In this document: positions 12,907-26,400 of the stretch, in pieces
Numbering within the stretch: the stretch's first letter is position 1
How the letters are laid out: each line of letters begins with the position of its first letter
Assembly (NCBI GenBank): GCA_964016885.1
Contig: OZ024747.1
Span: 37,448,001-37,512,000 of the forward strand
From: Eledone cirrhosa
Lineage: Eukaryota
Direction of reading: 5' to 3'
DNA length: 64,000 bases
Position numbers and translations under genes: made by a program
Notes under the pieces: generated by a model
What the model saw: only the letters and a program-made list of their open reading frames with translations
Database searches by the model: none
Told to the model about the DNA's origin: nothing

Positions 12907-13424
12907 AATATAACTATATCTAACAGAGAAACAGTTCACAACTGATTAAAAGCAATGGAAATATATAAACACAGTCATGATGATGATGATGATGCTAACT
13001 AAACCACAATGTCTTTCAGGTAAATAAATATAGAACAGAAAATTTAAAAAACAAAAGAAAATTATTAAAGACAAGAAAATTTGATGGCATTTTTGTCCTC
13101 CACTATTTCATTTAAAAAAATTTTTTTTTTGTTATGCTTTGTCCTATTTATGTTAGGAGAAATTAATTAATCTTTGAGGAATGAACAATATCAAAAACGA
13201 ATACAACAACTACGATAACAGAAAGATACAGAAAATAAGACTTAAAACCAAAAAGCAGCAGATAAAAGGAAGTCTGACTTAGTAAATAGGCAAATACAGA
13301 GCGAGAAATATGAATTTTTATAAATTTGTAAAAGTATTATTAAAACTATTTAAATAATGAAAAAATAAAATGAAAAGAAAAAACTACAGAAAATGAAAGT
13401 AAAAAGTTAAACTAAAAAAAAACA

Positions 13425-14790
13425 ATAATGATAGCAACAACAACAACGACTAACAACAACAACGATAGTAACAACAACAACAATAGTAACAAACACCACT
13501 ACCACCACCACCAACAACAACAACGATAGCAACAAACACCACCACCACCACCACCAACAATAGCAACAAACGCCACCACCACCAACAACAACAATAGTAA
13601 CAAACACCACCATCACCAACGATAGCAACAAACACCACCACCACCAATAACAATAGTAACAAACACCACCACCACCACCAACAACGATAGCAACAAACAC
13701 CACCACCACCACAATGGTAGAATATTGGGACAGGAGTAGCACCTGCAGAAGCTGTAGAGGAGTATGACTAAGACAGTAAAAGTAGTTTCAAACAACTGGA
13801 AGCCAATAAAAAAGCAAACAAAAAAAATCTCTAATGATGATAACAAATTGTATCCAAATTTAAGGTAATAAACAAGTAAATCATGAGATACATAAACGAA
13901 TAAATCAGAAAATATTAATAATGATGATAATGACAATGGAGAACAACATTGGTGTTTTTATTAGCTTAGAGCTTCATTTCAGTTCATAGATTAGAGATTT
14001 TCATTAAAGAGAAAGACAAAAAAAAATCATGTTTATCTCAGGGCTATCAGTGTGTTGAAATGACTTCATACCAGCACCACTACCACCACCAGTCACCACC
14101 ATTGCTACTGTTGTTGACACCACAACCACTACCAACACCACTACAGTCACCGCTGCTGCTGTCATCATCACCACCACCATCATACTCACCATTACCGCTA
14201 CCAACACCACTTTCACTAACACCCCCCATCCCCCACCCCCACACTGCTGTTGACTCCACAACCACCACCACCACTGCAATCACCATCCCCACAACTGCTG
14301 CTGGTGTCATCATCTCCATCATCTACCACTCCTATTTCCTGAAGCAACACCTACCACAGCAACCACGATGCTCGAATACCACCACTGCCACCAATGTTGC
14401 CAAAAGAACTGCCACCTCCAACTACTTACACCATCCATTCCTGTTACTGCTGTCAAATCCACAAACCTAGGATCTACAACCATCATTGCCATTGCAGACT
14501 TCCCCAACAACACTCCTTCGGTATATCCCAAACCATCAACTTCACAGAGAGTTTCACATGCCATCAATACCAACAGCACTACCCCCACTCACCAAAACCT
14601 CAACACTACCACCGTTCAGTCTCTAAACCACTTCTTTTTTCCAATACCACCTCCAACGCCTGACTCGGCTGACTCAAGCCCACATTTACTGTTCATATTC
14701 ACTTACCAACCAGCCTACATACCCAGCTGTGTTGCCATCACCACTACCACCATGACCACCGCCATCATCATTATCACAAAATACTACCAT
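13425..14790. repeat. (ACC/AAC)n low-complexity tracts
   Basis: Degenerate CAC/CAA trinucleotide arrays at 13425-13715 and 14070-14790. Confidence 0.85.
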
Positions 14791-17106
14791 CTAGCCCTGT
14801 GGCAGTGTGCATTTCCATTCAATTTTCTATACCACCAGCGGACCAAACAATTTTCCATAATGCCACAGAAATGAAATTCTAACAAAGTACATTTATTTCC
14901 AATTATAATTCTCATTTCCTTTACCATTATTAGAAAAATTCCGTTGCTAAAAATCTTATGCAAGCACGCATGGATATGAACATGTACACACCAATACCTT
15001 ATTACCTACTTCATTCATTCTTTCTTTCTGTCTTTCAAGAAATTATTATTATCATCATCATCATCATCATCATCATCATTATTATTGTTCTTGTTGTTTT
15101 CTTCTTCCTTCCTGTTTCTCTTCACAGCACGGTAGCAGCTTAGATTAGACAAACATTTTTTTTCTTTTCTTTTTATTTTCATTTTTTTTATTATTTTTTT
15201 TTTTTTTATATATTTTTCCAATTTTCAATTTCATTTTCTCCACAAACGATGCTATTACAAGACTTGGGGCAATTTTGCTGCAGAAGCAGGTATCAGAATT
15301 AGATAAGTAAATAACTTTTGATATATAAGTTATTACTTACAATAAACAGAAACAGGTTTTCTAAACATAACAATGAGTGAAATATCATCACAAGCAAACT
15401 TCAGTACCATAGAAAAAAATAAACCACCCTGCTCATATTTTTTATTGTTTGTATCCAATCAATTTTTCATTGTTGTCTTTTATGGTTTATTTTCCTATTG
15501 TTGCTGTTGCTGTTATTGTGGTCTCTGTTGTTATTGTTTCACACCAGTACAACACTACCAAGTGGATGACAGCATGTTCCAGTTAGAACCATAGATCATG
15601 CCATCCAGTGAGGCAGCTACTACATAGCCACTTAACTTCTGCTAGAAAGAACAGTGAAATCTATATCAAATCAAACACTGGACTGGGTTGTGTGTTGTGT
15701 TCTTGAGCAAAACACTTCATTTTATGTTGCTCCAGTATACTCAGCTGAAAATGAGTGCAAGCAATAGCTGGAGGTTTAACCCTGCAATGGACTGGCATCC
15801 TGTCCAGTGGGGAGAGGATTCTTGTATTCTCAGCTGCTTCAGGTCACAAAAACTTGGATAAGCACCAGCATGTTGAGCCTCCAGGCTCAAGACAGACTTT
15901 AGACTCAGTCCTAGATATATTGGGTAAGTTATAATTAGTTTACTGGTTAAAAAGAAGCTCAGTGATGACATGTTTGCATTAATGCAAACAGAAGCATTTA
16001 ATGCACTTACATCCATTCAAGGTTGATAAAAAAAGTACCAGTTAAGTACTGGGGTTGATTCTTCCTCTATATCTTTCTCACATCCACTCTCTCACACTCT
16101 ATCCTTCTCTGGAAAAAAATCTGCTGTACTCGGACCGGTAGAAGAGATGGGCTTTGCTAGGTTTAAAAATGCCCTAGAAACACTGTATATAAGTATGGCA
16201 CCCCTATGGCTTCCTCAGGAGATACAGGACAATGCATGCATATAAACATACAAGAATGGCCTATGTATTACTTCAAGTTTAATATCAGTATGGTTTGTTT
16301 TTTATCCACAATTCTCAACAGTAAGCTAATTATAGCCCATCATCATCATTTAACATCTATTTTCCTACAAGCTGATCATGGCTGGAAATTCTTTGATCAT
16401 AAGTATGCTTGATTGGGGCTGACATTGAAAAGTAAAACAACATCAACAAACAAACACTGATAATTAATACGGTCGTGGCACCATGTTTTCATTATTGACT
16501 TGTCTATTTTACACATTAGTGGATTTTGTAATTGATAATATTGGATTCCCAGTATTCGTCACATACTGTATCAATAATTGAACTATTCTTCCTACACACC
16601 TACCATCCTTCAACATTTGTAGTAAACAGAAAAATTAGCTGCCTCTCTTTTAAAAACAGTTTGGTTAGTTGAGTAGCTGCTCTGCTCAAATATTTCAGAG
16701 GCTATTGAAGCCAGGAAGTTCAAATTTGTTCTTTATTTATCAATGATTTCTAAACAAAATAAAACAGCTTTTATTATGTTTATTAAACTTTTGTTTTGTT
16801 TTTTTAGTAAGTTATTTCATTTTTTATTTATAGCTTAGTCAGGGCATTTGAGGCTTGCAGGAAAGACAGAGAAGACATCCTTAAACTAAAGACCTTACAA
16901 GAATGCTTGCAACAGAATGAACATTGTTAAAGACACCTAAGGTGGTGACATTAAAATTAATTCTAACACCCAAGAATTTTAAATGGAAAGAGCCAGAACA
17001 AACACTGCAAAGCATTTTGCCCTATGCTCTGATGACAAGTTATTTTGATGTGTTCTTAAATGGTTAAAATAGCTCTTCCATTTATATATATATATATATA
17101 TATATT

Positions 17107-20100
17107 GCGAGCACTCCTCATTGTTTCGACCGCGGACGGCTAACATAACACCATCGCCCCCCGCCCCTCACCGCCCCCAACCCCCAAACGCAATCCAAAA
17201 CTTCAGAGTTGGTACCATAAATGTAGGCACCCTAAAGGGTCGCGCTAACGAGGTTGTAGAAATGCTTGAACGTAAGGAGGTCGATGTTTGTTGTATTCAA
17301 GAGACCAGGTGGAGGGGTGGGTCTGCTAGGTTCATTGAGGGTAAAAAACGTTGTTATAAGCTTTTCTGGGTGGGAAACGACGATGGGCTGGGTGGAGTAG
17401 GAATCATGGTAGCAGAAAAGTGGGCAGATAAGATAATAGACGTAAATAGAGTGAACGACAGAATAATTAAAATACGACTTGTCCTCAATAGAACTACGGT
17501 GACAGTAATATCTGCGTACGCACCCCAATCCGGACTGCCCGGCACTATAAAAGACAGATTCTATGAGACACTGATGCTAACTACCTCCCAAATATCCGAC
17601 AGTGACTATATAATTATCGCAGGCGACCTAAATGGTCACGTTGGACAACATTGTGACGGCTACGACGAAATCCATGGAGGCTATGGGTTTGGTACTAGAA
17701 ATGAGGAAGGCTCCAGAATCCTGGAATTCTGTGATGCAAATAACCTAACTATCTGTAACACTAACTTCAAAAAACGTGACAATCACCTGATCACCTATAG
17801 ATCCGGGGAACACACAAGCCAGGTAGATTATATCCTTACCAGAAGACGTGACAGAGTGTCTGTTGTTAACACTAAATCCCTCCCCCATGAAGAATGCACC
17901 TCCCAACATAGACTGATAATTAGCGACCTCATAGTCAGGACGAGACGTACTCGACAACAGAAGAGGACTATCCTCAGGAGGAAAATATGGAAGTTAAAGG
18001 ACCCCACAGCCAGGAATAAATTTCAAAGCATATTACTTGATGCTTTCGACAGTAAGGAAGAACATTTAGAGTCGGACAATATAGAGGGAGAGTGGGAATT
18101 TCTGAAAGCAAACCTGCTGTTGGCGACAGACGAGGTCTGTGGCTGGAGCAGGCCTGTAGGCAGGAGGAGAGTAACATGGTGGTGGAACAGTAAGGTGGAG
18201 GGGTCAATTAAGGCCAAAAAGCAGGCTTGGAAAGTATGGCGGGATGGGGGAAGTAGAGAGGACTATCAAGTGGCCAGGAGGGAAGCTAGGAGACAAGTGT
18301 ACTTAGCAAGAAGGGAAGCTGAGGAAAGAAAGTTCAAGCATGTTCTACAACGCGATGACCAAAAACGTGAGGTGTTCAGGATTGCTAGGCAATGCGTCAA
18401 GGAAAACCGTGATATTGTCGGGGAGAAGTGTGTACTAAACGACGATGGCACACTTGCCATCACCGACGCTGATAAGAAGGTAGCTTGGAAGTGTCACTAT
18501 GAAAGGCTTCTAAATGAGGAGAATAATTGGGAGAAAGGCAGTCTCCCCCATATCGACCCAATAGAGGGACCAGCAGTGTTAGTCGAGGGGAGTATAATAA
18601 GTAAGGCAATCAAGGATATGAAGACTGGTAAGGCGGCTGGGCCTTCGGAAATAGTTGCTGAGATGCTGAAGGCATCTGGCACGGTGGGACACACCATGGT
18701 CACCCGCATAGTTAACCAAGTCGTACAAAACGGGGTTGTTCCGAAGGACTGGCATAGCAGCATCATCGTTAACTGTTATAAGGGTAAAGGAGACGCCCTA
18801 GATAGGAGTAACTATAGAGGCATTAAATTAATCGACCAGGTCATGAAGGTCACGGAAAGAGTAATAGCGCAGCTAATCAGAGAGAGAATTGACCTAGATG
18901 AAATGCAGTTCGGGTTTGTGTCAGGCAAAAGTACCACAGACGCTCTTTTCATAGTACGACAACTACAAGAGAAGTACCTAGCTAAAGGTAAACCCCTCTA
19001 CTTAGCTTTTGTCGACTTGGAGAAAGCCTTCGACAGAGTCCCCCGCTCCATTATCTGGTGGGCTCTTAGAAAACTAGGCGTTGACGAATGGCTTGTGAGG
19101 GCTATACAAGCCATGTATAAAGAAACAGTCAGCAAGGTTAGAATTAACAACGAATATAGTGAAGAGTTTAGCGTAAAAGTCGGCGTCCATCAGGGCTCTG
19201 TTCTCAGTCCACTACTATTTATTATTGCCCTTCAGGCCATAACAGAGGAGTTCAAGACAGGCTGCCCATGGGAACTCCTATACGCAGACGACCTGACACT
19301 CATAGCGGAATCAATGGCCGAGCTAGAGAAGAAATTCCAAACATGGAAGCACGGCCTAGAGTCAAAAGGACTTAAAATTAACCTGGCTAAGACCAAAGTA
19401 CTAGTTTGTAGGAAAGAAAACAAGGCGGCGGTCCCTTCTGGGAAATGGTCGTGCTCGGTGTGTAGGAAAGGCGTAGGTAGAAACTCCATTTTATGTCCTA
19501 AATGCAAAGTATGGGTGCATAAAAGATGTAGTGGGATCACAGGTAGGCTAACTAAGAACATAGATTTTACATGTGGCCGGTGCTCTGGTGCAATAAGTAG
19601 CAGCAAGTGCCCACAAACTACTAGCTCTTTCAATTGCGCAGAGGGTTCTATAGAAATAGTGGACAGCTTCCGTTACCTGGGCGATAAAATCAGCAGTGGG
19701 GGAGGGTGCTCTGAAAGTACTGTAGCTAGAGTCAGAACTGGTTGGAAAAAGTTCAGAGAGCTTATACCACTATTAGCTGCTAAAGGGTTCTCACTAAAAA
19801 TGAAAGGCAGGTTGTACGATGCCTGCATACGAACAGCAATGCTGCATGGCAGTGAGACCTGGGCATTGTGTGCAGAGGATATACGCAGACTAGAGAGGAA
19901 CGAAGCTTGCATGCTCCGCTGGATGTGTAACAGTAATATACATGAACGGCAAAGCATAAACGAACTAAGGAATAAATTAGAGATAAGAGGGATCAGATGT
20001 TGTTTACTCGAGAGAAGGCTACGTTGGTATGGACACGTGATGCGCATGAAAGTCGATAGCTGTATAACAAAGTGCAGGGCAATAAAGATAGACGGTAGTC

Positions 20101-20629
20101 ACGGAATAGGCAGACCTAGAAAAACCTGGGACGAGCTGATAAACTCCGACATCACACACTTACACCTCTCCAAGACAATGTCACTGGACCGAGACCTTTG
20201 GCGGTACTCAGTAACAGAGAAGACCCGCCTTACCTAAATATATAGTAAAACCTACTCCAGCCAGTAGGCATCTCTAACAAATACACCCCGTCCCACCACC
20301 CCCACCCGATCCACACCACCCCGTTCTATGTAAAGTTATGTTGGTGCCGCGCCATCGAGGCCGAAACAAATGAGATCGTGTAGGTGTCACGACAAAAAAA
20401 CACACAGTCCACGCTGTAATGTGGCCGTGTAGGCAACACGGTAAAAACCTCCCAGACCCACACTGTAAATGTGGTTGGTGTTAGGAAGGGCATCCAACTG
20501 TAGAAAACCTGCCAGACAGTCCTATGCGAGCAAGACAATCACTCTTGCCTCAAGTGGGACTACCCCCGTCCAAACCCATGCAAGCGTGGAACACGGACGT
20601 TAAACGCTGATGATGATGATGATGATGAT
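17107..20629 (+). mobile_element. Near full-length RTE-clade LINE inserted after (TA)n, with a (GAT)n tail
   Basis: Single APE+RT ORF, ~390-bp 3' UTR, ends ggacgttaaacgc(tga)n. Confidence 0.95.
17121..20237 (+). CDS. RTE LINE ORF: AP endonuclease plus reverse transcriptase with an inserted PHD-like finger
   Basis: GTINVGTL, IQETRW, SAYAP, GDLNGH, QVDYIL and SQHRL (APE); NYRGI, FVDLEKAFD, GVHQGSVLSP, LYADD and FRYLG (RT); C4HC3 between KTK and FRYLG. No stops. The called start is TTG, so the true start is uncertain. Confidence 0.93.
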   Translation: MFRPRTANITPSPPAPHRPQPPNAIQNFRVGTINVGTLKGRANEVVEMLERKEVDVCCIQETRWRGGSARFIEGKKRCYKLFWVGNDDGLGGVGIMVAEKWADKIIDVNRVNDRIIKIRLVLNRTTVTVISAYAPQSGLPGTIKDRFYETLMLTTSQISDSDYIIIAGDLNGHVGQHCDGYDEIHGGYGFGTRNEEGSRILEFCDANNLTICNTNFKKRDNHLITYRSGEHTSQVDYILTRRRDRVSVVNTKSLPHEECTSQHRLIISDLIVRTRRTRQQKRTILRRKIWKLKDPTARNKFQSILLDAFDSKEEHLESDNIEGEWEFLKANLLLATDEVCGWSRPVGRRRVTWWWNSKVEGSIKAKKQAWKVWRDGGSREDYQVARREARRQVYLARREAEERKFKHVLQRDDQKREVFRIARQCVKENRDIVGEKCVLNDDGTLAITDADKKVAWKCHYERLLNEENNWEKGSLPHIDPIEGPAVLVEGSIISKAIKDMKTGKAAGPSEIVAEMLKASGTVGHTMVTRIVNQVVQNGVVPKDWHSSIIVNCYKGKGDALDRSNYRGIKLIDQVMKVTERVIAQLIRERIDLDEMQFGFVSGKSTTDALFIVRQLQEKYLAKGKPLYLAFVDLEKAFDRVPRSIIWWALRKLGVDEWLVRAIQAMYKETVSKVRINNEYSEEFSVKVGVHQGSVLSPLLFIIALQAITEEFKTGCPWELLYADDLTLIAESMAELEKKFQTWKHGLESKGLKINLAKTKVLVCRKENKAAVPSGKWSCSVCRKGVGRNSILCPKCKVWVHKRCSGITGRLTKNIDFTCGRCSGAISSSKCPQTTSSFNCAEGSIEIVDSFRYLGDKISSGGGCSESTVARVRTGWKKFRELIPLLAAKGFSLKMKGRLYDACIRTAMLHGSETWALCAEDIRRLERNEACMLRWMCNSNIHERQSINELRNKLEIRGIRCCLLERRLRWYGHVMRMKVDSCITKCRAIKIDGSHGIGRPRKTWDELINSDITHLHLSKTMSLDRDLWRYSVTEKTRLT

Positions 20630-20965
20630 AGGCACATGGCTTAGTGGTTAGAGCATTGGCCTTGCAATCGAAAGGTTGTGAGTTCAATTCTCAGACCGGG
20701 TGATGTGTTGTTTCCTTGAGCAAGACACTTTATTTCACATTGCTCCAGTTTACTCAGCTGTAGAAATGAGATGATAGGGACTGGGGTCCATATCATTCCA
20801 CTGCAAAGTGGTCGTGCAGGTGCCACGGCAAAAAAGCACCCAGCACTCACTGTAAATGAGGTTGGTGTTAGGAAGGGCATCCAGCTGTAGAAATCAAGCC
20901 AGAATCAGTTCCCGTCCCACCCTTGCAAGCAGGGAAAAAGCGGACGTAAAATGAAATGATGATGA
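20630..20965 (+). mobile_element. SINE family A inserted at the LINE's (GAT)n tail. Further copies at 49775-50153 and 61111-61509
   Basis: ggcacatggcttagtggttagagc..gagttcaattc head; tail shared with the RTE 3' UTR. Confidence 0.9.
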
Positions 20966-21038
20966 TATAATTCAGCTTCTTTATAATATGTATATATATA
21001 TGTGTCTGTGTATGTGTGCATTAAACCATGTGTCACAC

Positions 21039-22350
21039 TACAAAGAAGCCAATTCTTTTGAGACTTTTTTATTCAGGCACTTTTAATTGATTTATATAAC
21101 TGTGACTTTTGTACATCCTTGATATGGTTATAAGCTGACAAGTGAAATCTTTTTTTTTTCAGGTTGAAGGTTTGGGCCACTACAGCACTTTAAACACTAC
21201 CCATCATACACTTCTTGTCGGAGCTGACTGATTCTACAATGCAGTTGGGACGTGAGGACAACGTGGAGGCGCAATATACAATAAAGTTTTGTGACAAGCT
21301 CAACAGAAATGCTGCAGAAACCTATGAAATGGTCTAAACTGCTTACAAACTAACTTTCATGAGTCAGGCAACTGTTTTCTGCTGGCACAAGAGGTTCCAG
21401 GAAGGCAGGAAGCAGGTGAGGGACGACAGGAGGTGTGACAGGGAGAGGGATATCAGCGAGATATCAAAGTTGATCGACAAAATTCACAAATGTCTGGACA
21501 AGGACAGTCATACATCTGTTCTGACGAATGCTAAACAATTTAAAATGTCTAAGGTCTACAGTCAATCATGACAATCTGAACTAGCACAAAGTGTGTGCAA
21601 AGTTTGTTCCCAAAGGGTTCAATAAGATCAAAGGCAGAGGCGCATTAATGACAGCAAGCAGATGGTGAAGTGGATAACTTCAAGTCAAAGTGTCTTTGAG
21701 TCTCTAGTAACGCGTGATGAGAGCTGGGTCTACTGCTATGATCCAGAGATCAAGAGACAAAGTGACCAGTGGAAACATTCTGACTCCCCAAGAGCCAAGG
21801 AGGCCAGGCAAAGAAGGTGCACATGGAAGTTCATAATCCCATTCTTCGACATCCACTGGGTCCCCCACAGCCAGACAGTCAACAAAGAGTACTATCTAGA
21901 AGTTCTGAGGAAAGCCAGAAAGAGATTTTGTCGCAAGAGACCAGGACTCTTCAAGTTTGGTCAATGACACCTGCACCAGGGCAATGCCCCCTGCCAAAAA
22001 TCCATCCTGGTGACCAACTACTTGGCCGATGTGGAGATCAAGACTGTACCTCATCCTCCCTACAGTCCAGACTTAGCCCCATGTGCTTTCTTGATCTTCC
22101 TGAAGCTGAAGGAGAAGTTTAACAGTATCCGCTTTGAGGATGTGGAGGAGATGAAGGAGGCTGTGATAAGCACCCTGGACACCTTCAGTTAGGAGGACTA
22201 CAAGGAATCTTCCAGAAGTAATTGGAGCACTACAAGTGCATTGAAGTTGGAGGATCCTATTTTGAGGGGGGGTCTAGAGGTTTGTGTTGGTCTGAGTTAA
22301 ATAAATGTCTCTCTGATAAAAGTCTCAAAACCTTTTGAGTGTACCTTATA
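21039..22350 (+). mobile_element. Degenerate mariner (Tc1/mariner) element, ~1.3 kb, pseudogenised transposase
   Basis: WHKRFQEGR, VTRDESWVYCYDPEIKRQSDQW and HPPYSPDLAP fragments with stops and frameshifts; imperfect TIRs sharing ttttgagactttt/aaaagtctcaaaa; TA ends. Confidence 0.9.
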
Positions 22351-22872
22351 TGATGCAAAATTGTTTGATTTAAAGTGTTTATATGCGTCTAAAAAATTCC
22401 CCATCATATATTCATGTAAGATATGTTCAAAACACTAACGAATTTGGTTATATTACTAAATCATTGCAAATTAGTGATTGTTTTCAAAATTATTTGAAAA
22501 ACATTGGCAGTGACTTTCATTAGAAATATGGTAATGAAAAGGTTAAGTAAAGTATCCTTGAAAGTAACTTTGTGGTGATCAGGAAAATTAGCTGTGTTGA
22601 TAACTAAAACAAATACAAACAAACTGATCAGAGTAGAAATCTGAAGACTAAGCACTAAGATTAAGTTGAACAACAAACAGCAGTGTGGTGAAATATTGCT
22701 GCCTATGTAAGTAAGTAATAACAGCAACACAATAAACATACAAAAAATACTATAAAATAGTATACAGAATATCAACATTGACGAAATTGTTTCAAACAAG
22801 GTGACACTGTCTGACATGAAGGTCAGAAATATTGGCATCAAAACTACAAACTGTTAATGCATATAGAAACTG

Positions 22873-22930
22873 ACAGCAGATAGAGCTAACAGCAGATAGA
22901 GCTAACAGCAGATAGAGCTAACAGCAGATA
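22873..22930. repeat. 16-bp tandem repeat, ~3.6 copies
   Basis: Unit acagcagatagagcta. Confidence 0.9.
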
Positions 22931-23139
22931 TAGAGCAAGGCAGCTGGACAGAGGCAGCATTGACTAATAGCTACAAATGTCAATTGGAATTTTTCATGTT
23001 CTCTGATAGAATCTCTCAGAAGCAAGCAATGAGGTCAAAAGTCAAAGGTGAATGATTCCTCACTGATATTGACTGATAATCACTCCCAAATATATCCAAA
23101 TTCAAAGAAATAGAATAAATCATCATCATTATCATCATT

Positions 23140-23460
23140 TTTACACGTTCCTTCGTCATCACTGAGAGTCTCAGCGATTTGATAAGCCCTCACCACCTCC
23201 TCCCAAGTCTTCCTTGGTCTACCTCTACTGTGGCTTCCTTCTACCGGGATTCCTTGGTACTTCTTCACCCAGCAATCATCATCCATGTGTATGATATGTC
23301 CGTACCAACACAGTCTTTTCTCCTGCACACTACTTCTGATTGCTCTTATATCCAGGTCTTCCTTGGTCTATCTCTACTGTGGCTTCCCCCACTGGGATTT
23401 CTTGACACTTCTTCACGCAGTTATCATCATCCATGATTACCATATGTCTGTACCTCTACA
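23140..23460 (-). mobile_element. Degraded RTE 3' fragment
   Basis: QEKRLCWYGHI..RGRPRKTWEEV matches the RTE C-terminus. Confidence 0.7.
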
Positions 23461-26400
23461 GAAACCACAGCAGTTCATTCTCCTTCCCCCCAATCATCAT
23501 CACCATTTTTGTGTGTTTGTATATATATGTGTGCATTGAATGGCATTCAATATTAAAAACACCATTATAAATTGAAGCTATCTTAATTCACTAATAAAAA
23601 TTAAATGTTCTTTATAGTTATAAAATCTTAATTGTCCTATGGTTTTAGCCTCTAGGACTAGACAGATTATTAAATGTTTATATCCTGTCCTTTAGAGAAA
23701 ATGTCAAAGTAATACAGAAAAAATTATATTGTGTTCAATAATTTCTTGTTATATGGACTTCAAAAATTAAATTATTTAGTTGAGAAGAATTCTGAACCAA
23801 CCATGTAGAGCATCAGCAGCAGGTAATATGTCTCTTAATGTTTGTGAGTGTAAAGTGGTCATTTTAGTGCCATGATAAAAAGTACCCAGTACACACTGTA
23901 AATGTGGTTGGCATTAGGAAGGGCATTCAGCCATAGAAACCAAGCCAGAAACGGTTCTGTATGAGCAAGACACAATCACATGATCAAATGAGACAACTTC
24001 TCTAAACCATGCTAGTGTGGAAAAATGATGTTACATGATTATGATGATGCATGTATGCATGTACGTAAGTATGCATGTATCTATGTAAGTATGCATGTAT
24101 GTATGTATCTATGTAAGTATGCATGTATCTATGTATGTGGGTATGTAAATAAGTATGTATGTATGTATGGGCTAGTAAGTCTTGATGGAGACTTTAAGGC
24201 ACTGTTGTGACATACAGTAAGCCATGGGTAATTTAAACCTGACAGAATCCATCTCTTGCCATGAGCAAGTAATATATGTGTTCAGAAAATTATTTCAACC
24301 TCTTTAACTGAAGAAAGTAGAATACTGCATTGGATAATAAAGAAATAAGGATGATGATGATGGTGGGATAAATGAGGATGACAGTGGAACCTTTGTAGCA
24401 ACTGTCGTCATTGGAGAAGAAAAGATGAAGATAAATATGATATTGATTGAGTTTACATTATTGGTGTTACTGATGATGATGTGGAGGAAAAGGAGGAAAT
24501 ATAGTATAATACAGTAATAGTATAGTATATTATATTATATTATAGTAGCATAATATAGTAAGCTTCTGTCAGTTAAGGTCAACCATAGATCATGTACTCT
24601 TGGTGTCTGCTACCAGTAGTGTACTCAACTGAAAATGAATACCAACAATAGCTGGGGGTTTAACCCTACGATGGACTGGTGTTCTCTCCAGGAGGAAGGC
24701 CTGAGAAGCATCTAGGCTTGAGATAGACTTTATATTTTTTGGGGGGTTTCTAAGACAGCAGGTGGAGGAAGCGAGGAAGTGGGATTTGAAAGAAATTTGG
24801 CTACTATTTCTAGCAGATTCAGTGACAATTTAGTGAAGATTCCCTCTGTTATACAGCATCACGAAATAGGGAAACAAGCTATTCTTTTTTTAATTAAATC
24901 TGGATGACTGAAGTGTCACATAGAAATCAAATGAGAACCTACAGTGAAAGTGCTCTGAATACTCTATGATTAAAAACAAATAGGATATAAACAAGAAAAG
25001 AAAAGAGAAGAGGAAGGTTAGAGAAAAAGTTTGATTATTGCAAATGTGAGCTGCATAAGTAATGGATGACCATAAGCAAATTGAGATGAAATTTAAAAAG
25101 AAAGGAAAACAAACCAACAGAAATATATATGAAACAACAAAATTAAAATAATCATAGGCAATTATTATATGAAATGAGAAAATTAGTATTCTATAAATTA
25201 CATATACACGAAGTTGCCTGAAAGTTAGTACATATGCATACACATACTATATCAAATCTATGTACAATAACACACACACATATATGTGTGTGTGTGTATA
25301 TGTATATATACACACACAACCCATGCCTGCGTGGAAGATGGACATTAAACGATGATGATGATGACAAAGTATTTTATATATATCCAGTCCGCCTAAGATG
25401 AAACTACTAGACAACATGAGGCAATGAACATGATTATGTGTATATGTGTATGCACATACATACACACACCCACATACATACATGCAAACATATATACATA
25501 CATACCATCTTCCAGCACTACCATCTGTATTTGCTAAAAATCTAAATATTCTGTTTTAATATAGATAGATACGTACAAATGAATTAAAAGGAATGATCTA
25601 CTTGTCGCGATTTACTTGAGTGAATGAGTGAGTGAGTGACACAGAGAGAGGAAAGGTGAGAGATATATGGAAATAGAGAATGGACAAAGCAGAAAGCAAA
25701 GCCTATTCTAAAGAAAGAAATGCAAAACCAGTATTGAAGGTCTGTCAGAAATAAGGTTACCGACTGACACAAACAACACACTGGGCAATATGATGTTCCA
25801 TTGGAGATTTCCTTAGGAGTTTATTTGTTGTTAGTGATAAGAAACTCTCAGGAGAGCTGGACAGCAAAAGGTCTTCAGAGAAGACCCCTTCCCGCTCAAG
25901 CTGATAGCAATTATTGACTGGAAGAAGTTATCAATAAATGACCAACCGTTACACAATATTGCATAAGGGAAAATCTTTATTGGTCTCATTTTCTCTCCTC
26001 TCTTCTTGAGTCATCCATCCATCGATGGTGAAGCTGTTCATGTTTGATTTTTCTAATGGCTAGAATATATGCAACTTGCCACATCTGCATATTCAGATTT
26101 CTTCACTAATTGAAGCAGTTTTGCCAACCCATTGTCTAATTAATAGCTGATCATCTGTGAAGCCACTGGTGTTCACGATGCCGAGGTCAACTAATTAAAC
26201 TGATGATTGTGGCATGTTTAAAATAGATATATTGGCAATTAAGAGGGTTGGGTTGGCTCAGTAGTGTGATACCATCATCAACAGGCAACAGAAAAATTAA
26301 CTCTAATAGAAAAAGCAAGTGAAATGACGTGTACTATTACATCAAGACACTGCCTTCAGGTATATTTCACAACAAAAACAACTTTGAGACAGACCACCGC

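Noticed and set aside
13407-14874. Mucin-like or poly-Val/Thr ORFs
   Set aside because: Translations of CAC/CAA low-complexity DNA, open in several frames, with no splice or domain support.
20630-20700. tRNA gene (TGC anticodon-like loop)
   Set aside because: Stems are broken and the sequence runs into a SINE body present in several copies; it is a SINE head.
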